DNA of 64,000 nt from Takakia lepidozioides (Eukaryota > Plantae > Bryophyta). Positions 41,485-52,400 of the stretch are shown here, in pieces; the first letter of the stretch is position 1; each line of letters begins with the position of its first letter. The stretch spans positions 61,690,001 to 61,754,000 of the forward strand of contig CM060734.1 of NCBI GenBank assembly GCA_030704615.1. Reading direction: 5' to 3'. Both the position numbers and the translations under genes were made by a program. The notes beneath the pieces were generated by a model. It saw nothing but the letters and a program-made list of their open reading frames with translations, searched no databases and was not told the origin of the DNA.

Positions 41485-44400
41485 ATGAGAGGAATGGAAG
41501 ATATCAGGGTGAAAAGCACCACAATCTTACAGAAGCAAACGATCGCTACACCACAGGCAGTGCAGCTACTGAAGGAGCTGCGATTGGAGGGATTACTACG
41601 CAAGGACTGGTCCTTGCATCATCGGTAGTTCATGATACAATTTCTTCAAAACTTTGAGCCTCGGACAGGAGTTACTCAGGTGAGGGGAGTAGATATAGAA
41701 ATTACTCCCCAGTACCTGCAGCAACTGTTTGATTTGCCATCAGGACATGTAGAGGTGGATGAGCACAGGGCAAGATTGCAGATAGGGAATTTGTTCCAAG
41801 AAGGGAGTTTCTTTAAAACTCAAGGTTTTGCTTGTACCAAAGCCGAATACCCAGGGCTTAGGGAGGTTGGCCAAATCTTGAACGTTCTGTTTGCCATGAA
41901 ACAGAACCAACAGTATTTGAGCAGGTCCTTCACAGAGGAGATCCTGAAAGCATTGAGGGGAGAGGATGTCACTTGGGCGGAGTTAATGTACAACGGATTG
42001 GTGGACGAGATGAAGAGGTTACATGGCACTACTGCAAAGTCTCCGATCATTGTGTCTGGTCCAATCATTGCTCAAATAATTCTTGATTCTTGCATACTTG
42101 ATGCTCGGGAAAGAAAGGAGATGGGAGTGTTTGAGGCAGAAACCACTGCAATGGAAGAGCAAGGCTCTTCACACAGTGAGGGTGGACTGGCAGTGCAACC
42201 CCAGTCTAAGAGACAGAGGCGGGGAAAGATTGTAGTGGCGGATCCACTGGCTTCACAGAAACCGCATGATAATGTTTCCCAAGCTCTTGTGCAAGAAGGG
42301 GCACAGCAGCACAGAGAGCTGCTATTATTGGAAGCAGGGCCTTCAGAGAGGGAGGAGGAAGTCACTTTGATGTCACAGCCACCACAACCAAATGACTCTG
42401 TTGTTTTAGAGGTTCCACAGTTAGTATATGTTGTGACATCAACCCCAATTGCTCAGGAAGGAGAAAGATTAGACATTCCCACTACAGAGCAGGTCGTGGC
42501 CGAAATTGAGAAGGGTGACCTTCTCTATGAAAATTCTGGCTTGATAAGGGAAACAATGATTCCAAAGGTGTAGCGAGTGTCCAGGGGAAACCCTGCTGTG
42601 CAGGTAATAACCACACCTGTGATGGAGGTACAAGGGGGAGAATATCAAGACACTGCAGCACCTGGGGTGGATGAGGTGGTTCAGGAAGAAAATCTGGTAG
42701 GGCAATGGCCTGAATGGTTCGTGAGGCATCACACTGTTGAGGATCAGGGAGAACAGCAACAAACTCACCATGATGACCCTCAGCAGGCCATGCTTATGAG
42801 TTCCATAAGCAGGACACTTAATTTGTTGGGCACTTATGTGAAATCCCATGTTCCATCTACCCAATTGGCAGCTTTGAGGGAGGAACTCAGGAAGGAGTTT
42901 GAGGCTCGACTTGCCACTCAAGGTCAATGAGGAGGTCACTATCAAGTTACAGCAAGAGTTAGAGGATACAACAGCTGCTTTGCAATTGGCCAAGGAACAT
43001 TTGATTGAAGCAGGCCTCGCGCAGGACCAGTTGCACGAAGCACATAAGCAACAGCTATACGAAATGCAGGTGAAACATGAGAGCAAGTTGCAAGAAGTAA
43101 ATGCACTACATACGGAGTTGCAAACACTGCATGATAGGATGGCCATACAATGTGCTACACTCACAACTACGCTTGAGCAAACTACAAAAGAAGTTAACAA
43201 CCAAGCGGAAAGATGTATAAAGGCACAGGCAGATAATGTCGAGCAGACAAAACTCATTATTGATATGAAGAATACAATCTGTCGCAATGAGAATACTTTC
43301 AAGCAATATAGGCAGGTTGAAGCTACCCAAGAGAGGTACATCCTGGAATTGCAACAAACGTTCATGGCCAATAGAAATGAACTCTCTGTGGCTAACAAGG
43401 CTTGGAAGGAGGCCAATAATCTGGTTGCTGCCTATGCGAGTTTGGTTGAACCTCATGCAAAGCGCATGGAGGCTTTACAGCAACAGTTAGATATGTACAA
43501 ACTCAGAGAGGAGCAGACTCTCAGAGGTGCCACAACCAACTTGGTGGATAACCACCTTCTGCAGGTCTGGTTAGCACAAGGACCGATGGAAGGCAAAGCA
43601 CCACGGAAGCTCACCCAAGCGAGATGAATGAGCTCAGGCTGCAGGTGCAGAACATTGCCACAACTACTATAGACAATGTCTATAGTAGGATAACGGAGCT
43701 ACAGGAGGATGTAGACGGCCTGCAGACTCAGGTGGAGGACCTGACATCAAATATTGACAAGAGAGTCTTTGTACCTGAGGAGCAGCTGATGGCTTCATAT
43801 TTACAAGCCAAAACTTTAGCTTTTCAGTCTTCTTCGCAGGGGGTGCAGGAGATGCCAGTGGTACAAGAGCCAGTGCTACCAATACCACAACAAATGACTA
43901 TGACAGTAGCTGACCCTGTTGTTACTACAGCCACACCACAGCCGCCACAGCTTGAGGTATGGGGGGATACTGCTTTTAACCCACCTAAAACTCCTGCTGC
44001 ACGGGAGTACAGTTGGGCTATGATTATGCCCTTCAACCAAATTTCCATTGTGTTGGATTTGGCTTGGAAGGAATTTAGTCCTCCGCAGTCGTTAGCACAT
44101 TACTACCAGATCATGCGCATTTGGCTGCCAGTGGCAACTAGGACTAAGGTTCTTCCGAACAATCGACCAATTGAGGATCATCACTTTGCAAGGTACTGGC
44201 ATGAGGCAAGTACCATGTTGAAGGAATTAATTGTCTTCCAAGTTGTACATGGATTCATTTATACCAAGACCAAGGAGGTAGCAAGTATTGTCATGGGCTG
44301 CGGGTTATACTACGCTGCTTGTTTTCTGGCACGTTATCACATTGAGCAGCAGAAGATGCAATCGCGCTTTCTGAGTTATTCCAGTGGGGATCATTGGATC

Positions 44401-44733
44401 TTACCTGCAGTGCCACCTCATATGTACCTATATGAGGCAAAAGTTATGATGCAAAAGGATTCTCAAATTCGTTCATGGTTTCATGCGGCCTGGAACAATT
44501 TGTCAACACAGAAATTCGGACCTGACGATATTTTCTTTAAAGGACATGAGGCATGGAAATACTTGCACAATTCACAAGTCATTGGCACACCACTCACCTT
44601 TACGGACAAGGAGTTCAGGGTCTTCACCAATTTTGCCATTCAGCGCTTACAACAAGTTTGCAGTTTAAACTTCCAGACATGGTGGGACAACATTGTATGC
44701 CCCAGAGAATTCCAATTAGAGTTCGACCGTTAA
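41485..44733 (+). pseudogene. Extra 3' ORF of the Gypsy element (env-position): plant-transposon-protein (Transposase_32 / Athila ORF)-like domain, coiled coil and unknown C-terminal domain
   Basis: ORF pieces 41485-41628, 41632-42573 and 42577-42930 share one frame across single TAG stops; 42899-43627 and 43624-44733 follow via frameshifts. MIQFLQNF...VRGVDIEITPQYLQQLFDLP and VTWAELMY resemble that family by eye. Confidence 0.65.
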
Positions 44734-45059
44734 AACACCTCAGGGAGGACAAGGATTCTGATACTACTGTTTCTTCAGCGGACTCTTTTGACATGGCAGA
44801 GGACTATGCAATTCAGATGGAAGAGAAGAAGCGACGGGGGTCTCCTATGCCTGAGCGATTACCTCGATATTAGCCAAAGGAGGGACTGACATTTCCAGGT
44901 AGTGCTCAATCATCTCCCTCAACCAGTGACAGGACACGGGCTCGCACACGGAGTCCTTCACAAGACTCTCAACGTCAGAAGGGTGCTCGCTCACAAAGGT
45001 TTGATAATCCCAAATAGTAAACCGTGAGGACACGGCTTTTTGAGAGGGGGAGGGGTAAA

Positions 45060-46138
45060 TGTTAGAGGGCTGCTTGGGACTTAGACGCTTTTACGGGATC
45101 TGTGGGGTACCCTTAATTTTTACACAGACTGAGCCCAACATGAGCCTTAGGGGTGACAGCAACAGGCTTTAGGGGGGGGAGATACACAGCCCGACACAGT
45201 CCATCACAGTCCGACACAACCCGACACAGTCCATCACAATCCAACACAACCCAACACAGTCCATCACAGTCCAACATAGCCGACACAGCCACCACAGCCG
45301 TCACAGCTTCGCACAGCCAACACAGCCCGTCACAGCCGATCACAGCTTCGCACAGCCAACACAGCCCGTCACAGTCGACCACAGCTTCGCACCGCCGCCA
45401 CAGCCCAACACAGCCAGTCACAGCCCGACACAGCCGCCACAGCTCGGCACAGCCCTACACAGCCCGACACAGCCAGTCACAGCCAGTCACAGCTCGGCAC
45501 AATTAGGGGACAGTTATCATTGGCAGGGAACGACTGTGGGGGAATGACATCTGAAAAAAGAACGTGTACTACAGGGATGACGGTTAGTTAGGAAAGCGGT
45601 TAGAACATCTTGTAGGTAGAAAAAACGAAGAGCGGGGAGGTCGGGGGATCACTTCTTGGTGGGGGACTTCTGGCATCAGGGCTTGGAAATAGAGGGGAGA
45701 GCACATCTCTGAGTGGAAAGATGAAGAGCACGGAGTAGGAGAAGTGACGATCTGTTGTTACTTGATGAATGCAAGCTGTAGAATTGTAATGTAGAGTAGA
45801 TTAGAGACACCATGGCTTCAGCCTGATACTTGATAGATATTAATCTGATACATACTTCATACTCACACTGTGTAGAGAGACCTGAGTGAAGCTGTGGAAT
45901 GAATGGATGGAACTTGATAGATTTCTGAAGCAAACTGATACTTAATTGCAGATAGTAAGGTAACTCGCTAACATGAATGCGGGAAGGAGTACAAATAGGA
46001 AACACCCCCATGATACACTAGCTGTAGGTCATGACTGATTGTTCTGAGCGGGCTGAGTGCTTAGAGATTTCCAACTCTTCTATCTTAGAGTTCCCACCTC
46101 GGATAGCGAAGGGATGGGTGAGTAAAAGCCGCTCGACA
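45060..46138 (+). repeat. 3' LTR (1079 bp)
   Basis: Direct repeat of the 5' LTR with extra array units and scattered substitutions. Confidence 0.97.
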
Positions 46139-46334
46139 GAACCACCGGTTCCAACCCGCCTAAGCGGGTACCTGCACAACACTGGTTAGTACCCACATTT
46201 GATCCCTAAGTAACAATCTATGATTCTCCCCCGCCCTTACCTGACTACAAAGGCAAAGGTCTCAATGTTGAATATATATATAATCGTAAATACCATGATT
46301 TGTTCTGGTGCAAGGACTCTGAAATTTTAACCAA

Positions 46335-46589
46335 CAGTCAGTAGCTTAGTTGGTTAGTGCACTGAGTACCTCCCAGATGACTCTGGGTTCAAATCCTGCT
46401 ACTTGATGGGTGTGGTATACTCATATACTCTTCTCCCATTCCCTGGGTGGTGTCCCATTTGTACGCCTCCATGGCGCGGTTACTTGGCTAGGTTATTTTC
46501 TCCTCTCACTATTAAGGGGCCTGATTTGTGATCTATCACTCCCAGGTGTTTCCCTTTTGAGAATATATATATATATATATATATATATA
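46335..46589 (+). mobile_element. tRNA-derived SINE-like element with a (TA)n tail
   Basis: A box TAGCTTAGTTGG (46342) and B box GGTTCAAATCC (46386) at canonical 44-nt tRNA spacing. No intact acceptor or anticodon stem. Ends in a TA microsatellite at 46563-46589. Confidence 0.6.
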
Positions 46590-47156
46590 CTCTGCACAAA
46601 TTTCTTGAACCTCTAGACTTGCGATTCCATCTGGCAATCCAAGTGCTAACAAATGTGGTTCCCACAATATAGACAAGAGTTGTTTGGCATGCACCGGGGA
46701 GGAAAGAACTTTGGTGAGTGGGTGAGCGGCCAAAATTCTTTAGGTATAGACATGAGAATGTTATCAAACCTACATATTGGATGAGTTTTGTAGGTATGGC
46801 ACCATAAAGGGGTTTCTGATGTAGGTTTGGGTTAGGATCGGCAGTAGACTCGGGCTTGGTTTGCCAATGACATACATATATAGGGTAATGTGTGGTTCAC
46901 TACAGAACTACAACCCAAAATATAGTAATTATTAAAGTCCATATGTATAAATTAATATGAGCATATAAAATTAAAATCCTACAATATGCTCATGTAATAT
47001 TCAGTTTTGATTTTAAACGCATGTGAGCCCTAATTCCACATCATGTGACTGGCACTGCACACGAGTTAGATGACCGGAGAATTCAATTGCAATAAATTTT
47101 CAAACATTTGATTGAGAACATGTAGGAAATGTCATGCGTCCCCTCAACACAAACAT

Positions 47157-48077
47157 TCATAGCGCCAGGCAGGTTGGTACTAGTTTGCAGAATTTGCAAA
47201 CGAAAGTGGTTTCCGCTGGAGGAGCAGTCCCTGGCTTAAATGGATTTTCCGCGAGACCCTCCCACTCGCTTTGATTGTGAACCCCAGACTGAAGAAAGTG
47301 TCTGCAATTCAAATTATCACACCTAAGGTGTCCATTGCAAACTGTTCTCCTGAAAACAAGCTTGTCCTCATTTTGAATATTGGATGTTTTTGTTCTGCAC
47401 CATTGGTGCCCGTCGTGTTTCTTGTCCATTCCGTGCATCATGCTTGTTATACCTCCAACTCGCGGAGGAGGAGGTAGCTCGAATAGGATATCCCCATCAA
47501 AAGTCTCTGGCAGGAACTTCGCAGGCACCTGCTTCAAAGCTTCCCAATCAATTCCCCGCAACTCACTTTTGAAACCTGCCATTCCTCCCATCGCCCGTAG
47601 TTTTGGAATGACATTACAATCTTCATCCGTTTCCACAACTACAGTACAAAAGACTGGAGTTGGAATTTCACTAATGTCATCATCGGACGAATCCGAAAGC
47701 TCAACGATTGGAGTTGAGCACGTTTCTTCTTTTTTCACCACCACCTCCTTTTTGTCTTCAATGACTGAAGCAGCAGTCCCGGGCGTCACATATGATCCAA
47801 GGGACTTTCTCCGAGGCTCTCCAAGTACTCTGTATCTACCAGGGCGCACTCTCCACTGGCTCACATGAGCCGTCTCATCACGATTTTGAAAAGAGTATTT
47901 CAACAACTTCCCGTCAAAATCGTACACCTCTTTCTCCAAGAAGATGGACCCATTCAAAAGTTCAAACCGGGTAGCCATGACATGTTCTGTCACAATCGCG
48001 AATCCATTGTCAAGTGCTTCTTTGGAGAAAGGCACTGGTTTGTCATTAGAATAAAACTCTGCTTCGGAGGAAGCCAT
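47157..48077 (-). pseudogene. 3'-truncated transposase-like ORF with a GCM/WRKY-GCM1-type Cys/His domain (MULE-like)
   Basis: 306-aa ORF with FLPETFDGDILFELP, DGHQW.RTKTSN, FRRTVCNGHLRCDNLNC, CKFCKLVPTC. It ends abruptly in AT-rich sequence before any DDE core. Assignment is by motif resemblance only. Confidence 0.55.
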
Positions 48078-49424
48078 GTTACGTCCCCGAGCGGGGGGTT
48101 CTCTTTCCTCAGCTGCTCCTTTGCGAAATCAGATGATTCAGCTATGCAACACACTGGTTGCACATGAAATGAGGCGGAAGCACCCGTTCCTTGAAGGTTG
48201 TGCATATTATGATATTCCATCTAATCAATGTGGGACGGTTCCTGACAAGTCACCGTCAAATTAATGTATGTGACATGCAGTCTGTATTGTCTTCTGAGCA
48301 ATGCTGACAGATAATCCATCTAGTTGTGGGGGTCTCCCCAAAACAATAAAAACCCGCCGACTTCCTTGAAGACAGCCTGAGGATCCCATGCAGGGATGAT
48401 GGGAAGAGAATTGAAGTAATTAGTTCATTTGTCAGGCCATGACTATATCCAGTATGTCTGATCATGTGGATGGTTTCAAGATCATGCAATCCCTGGGCCC
48501 AGAACTCTCCACGTACGCATATTCTGTTAAATCCTAAGTAGGCCTCATGGCAAGTACTTCGAGAATTCTCATCCATGATGTCCAACGGTGATATTAATGA
48601 AGCCGTCACAAAAAAGACACATGTCAAATTTATGTTTGCACTCGCCAAGAACCCAAAACAACCACGCAAAGGAACAGCTGTCCCAAATAGGTTACGCTAT
48701 TTTCACTGTGTCACGTACGTTCAAGTATTGGACGCGCAAGAGGGAATTGAACGGTTCCAGAGACACTTCCAAAACGAAGGGACCCCGGAAGAAAGCGAGT
48801 CTGTTCATCATTCTTGTTTCTTAGAGAAAGAGAGGAAGTCAAGCTGGAGAGGGTTCCTTGTTCGGTTCGGAAGAGGAGGAAATCATTGTATTTTACATCG
48901 GCTGAGATCAAGAGAGCAAATGACGATGCGTTGCATGCAAGATGGTGCAGCGCTTAGGCAGCATGTGAACTTGGAGACAGATCAAGCAAAAGAGCATGTA
49001 GGAAGTGAGAGTGAGGTCGCCGCAGTCGCAACGACGGCTGGAGCAGTGAGCGTAGTTAACCAAACAGTGCCAGCCGAGTTCATGCACGAAGACAACACAA
49101 CAGAAGGAGGAGCAGTGGACGCCATACCGGGAGGAAGTCAACAAACCCTACATCAGACAGAAATGGTGATCATTCAATATCCGCATAATACTGTTATCAT
49201 TAATCTTGATGTTTTCCATTCCATGTGGGATCAATACATTGTTTTTTCTTATGTTCAGACCGATGAAAAAGGGAAGAGGAAAGCTGCAGAGGGCGATCCG
49301 AGCGATGCAGCCACGAAGCCGAAGAAGGCAAAGGGATCCGTAAGTTCTCTCAAACGCACTTCTCCCTCTTTACTGATAGTCCCCCGATGTGAGAAAAGCG
49401 ATGATCGGTGGCAATCATCGCTTT

Positions 49425-52400
49425 TGTCGCGGCCCTTTGCCTTGAGGGCAGGGGGTCGGGACACATGAGGGGCTGCCCCTGTGGTGGGGGCAGCGGCAGC
49501 GATAGGTATGGGGGGCTGAAGCACCCTTGAGTGCCCAAGGCACTCAAGGAGGCGGAGGCGCTCACTAGGTGGAGCCCCGCACACCGGGTTGCGGTGGAGG
49601 TGGCTCCACAAGGGGTGGTGGTAGCTTAGTGGGACTTAGTGGGGGTGGCATAGGACTCACCATGGGGAGGAGACCTCGAGGTGGGAGTCGTGGGGAGTCT
49701 TGGGACTCATCACGGTCCATTGGGGCCGCGGTGAGTGGGCCAAGACTCACCGCGACTCACCACCGGGAGTCGAGGGTTTTCGTGGTGGTTCGCCATAAAA
49801 TGGCATGGCTGGTTATGAAACCCCCGCGGACAGCTACAGAAGTATATATAGGGAGTAGTAACCCCGAGAACGGTGCAAGCCCGTTGGTGACCAAAAACTA
49901 GTGAGTAAGCGAGCGAGCCGGAAAGCGACCAAAGAGTGGGGAGCTGTTCCGGACTGCCATCTACCAAAGGGAATTCTCCTAGTCCCAAATAGGTGGAGGG
50001 TTTAGAGGGAAGCGGAAGGGGACCGTTATGTCCCGGTGAGCAGCCGAAACTCCAAGTTGGCCTGGGGGCCAGGTTGGGAGTCAGGCGCGCGCATCAAAGC
50101 GAGTAACTATGACTTGAAGGGAGTTTACCGAACTGAGGTGTGCGACACTTGGTATCAGAGCTTAGAGTTCAGTACGCGATCGTCCTTGGGATTGGCCTCA
50201 TCATGGGGTCGGGCAAGCCGAAGCGAAAGCGGAACGGCCCAAAAGATGATGATTCCGGTGAGCCCGATGGGGGCGACGTGTCACCGAGGCGGCCGTTTGA
50301 GGAAGCGATTAATGTTTCCGAAAACGAGGCCGCTCAGGAGCGGGAGGAATCCGAGGAGTCGGAGCCCGAGGAATCTTTGAGAGCTCCGACAAACCAAGAG
50401 ATGCCTCCCATGCCGGCAGCCTTTTGGGAAGGGTTGTTGGCGCAGTTTGGCGGGACGTTGAAAGACGTGTTGAAGGCGGCTAATGCCACTTCCACCAAGG
50501 CAAAGTTTAAGGTGAAGCCTAAGGAACCCGGCACCTTCGAGGGCGTTTGAAACCGGAAGGCACTCAACACCTGGCTCCTGGAGCTAGAGCAGTACTTCCG
50601 GGCGGCCAAGTTGAGTGACGAGGATCGGGTGGAAGTGGCTCCCACCTATTTGAGGGGCTATGCTCAACAATGGTGGCAGAAACGCCTTCACGACCGAGGC
50701 CCAAGCCCGGAAACCTTGAACTGGAGTGAGTTCAAGGAATTGATGAAGAGACAGTTTGTGCCCCTCAACGCATCCTGGCTTGCCCGGGACAAGATGAGGA
50801 ATTTGAAGCAAACAGATGACATTCGGGGGTATGTCCAGGCTTTCAATGTGCTGTTGCTCGAAGTCGCGGACATGGCAGAACCAGAAATGGTCTTCAACTT
50901 TGTGGCGGGACTGGCCCCATGGGCTAGGCGGAAGTTGGAGGAGAAGCCACCCAAGACTTTGAACGAGGCAATTGAGAGAGCTGAATGTTTCTCGGATGTC
51001 CCTAGGGGTGAGAGACAAGGCCGTACGGAGCTGAACCACAAGAAGACCCGGCGGGAAGGTGACTCCTCCCGACCGGAAAAGAAGTGGGATAGGCCACGCG
51101 GCGAAAATGGCACGTGGAAATCGAAGGGAGGTCCTTCACACGTCAAGGCGGCACCCGGTGCTTCGAAAGGAAAAGCGGGTGGAGCGACTTATGGCGGACA
51201 GAAGGCGACCTTTGATGGAGTGTGTTTCAATTGCGGGGAGCCCGGGCACATGGCCAAGAAGTGCACGAAGCCCCGACAATTGAACATGACTCGGGCGACC
51301 ACGGAGCTGTCGGAAGATACCATCAGTCGCTTGGTGGAAGCGGTGGTCGCCAGGACTTGCAAGGTAGGCAAATTTTCTTGTGAGTTGTATCAGGAAACTG
51401 GCGCCTTACGAAAAGGGAGTCAGTTATTGTTCGTGGATGGGATAATATCCGGAACTAATGTGTCGTTGTTGGTGGACACAGGAGCGTCGCACTCCTTCAT
51501 GACGCCGGCGGCGGCGCGAAAGTTGGGACTCCCGACAAGTGACGTGGGGGCCTCTATTGAGGTGCGCTCTGCCAAAGGAGAACCTCAGTTGGCGACAAGG
51601 TTGGCGTTTGATGTTCCTCTCCAACTGGGGAGTTGGGAGGGACGTGAGAACTTCACTATCTGCGAGATCGATGGAGTGGATCTCATTTTGGGAATGACCT
51701 TTTTGAGCAAATCCGGAGCGGTCATAGATGGCCGCAAGAGAGTAGTCACGCTGCCATGTGGGAATGGTGGCGAGGTTTTACGAGTGTCGGAAACGCCCAA
51801 ATCCGTGGGAGGGCGAATAAACCTTCTATCAGCAAAGGAGTGGGCCGTGGAGGAGACACACGAGTCCCAGTTTTTGCTTTACATTAGAGAAGTGAAAGGA
51901 GAAGGCGATGGGGAGCCGAGCCCAGATTGGATCAAGGGGATTTTGGAGAAATACCAGGATGTGATGCCGGAGGATTTACCAAGCGGCTTGCCACCGCGAA
52001 GAGGAGTTGACCACAAAATTGAGGTGATACCGGGATCGGAACCGCCTGCCAAGGCGCCCTACCGGTTGAGCCACAAAGAGTTGGTCGAGCTGAAGACTCA
52101 GCTCAAAGATCTAATGTCAAAGGGGTACATCCGGCCGAGTAAGTCACCTTACGGAGCCCCGGTGCTATTTGCAGACAAGAAGGATGGGACGCTGCGGATG
52201 TGTGTCGATTACAGGGCTCTGAATAAGGTGACTATCAAAAACCGGTACCCTTTGCCAAGGATCGACGACCTCTTCGATCGGTTGGCAGGAGCGAAGTATT
52301 TCAGCCGGATCGACTTGCGCTCCGGTTATCACCAAATCCGGGTGGCGGAAGGAGATGAGGAGAAGACCGCGTGCAGGACAAGGTATGGTTCATATGAGTT

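Larger units (their letters stand above)
32787..46138 (+). mobile_element. Full-length non-chromovirus Ty3/Gypsy LTR retrotransposon (Phygy/Athila/Tat-like), 13.35 kb
   Basis: LTRs 32787-33814 and 45060-46138 (TG...CA), TSD GAACC on both sides, PBS TGGCGACCATACTGGGGA at 33817, PPT GAGAGGGGGAGGGG at 45042. Domain order gag-PR-RT-RH-INT, no chromodomain. Confidence 0.97.
28483..46184 (-). mobile_element. hAT-superfamily DNA transposon (about 4.3 kb of its own sequence) with a nested Gypsy element
   Basis: 11-bp TIRs CAGTGTTGTGC / GCACAACACTG, perfect 8-bp TSD GTTAGTAC (28475-28482 and 46185-46192), and subterminal GGTTCC/GGAACC arrays at both ends. Confidence 0.96.

Noticed and set aside
42469-43416. 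315-aa antisense ORF
   Set aside because: Shadow frame of the Gln/Glu-rich coiled-coil ORF on the + strand.
46335-46410. Functional tRNA gene
   Set aside because: A and B boxes are present, but the acceptor, anticodon and T stems do not pair properly.
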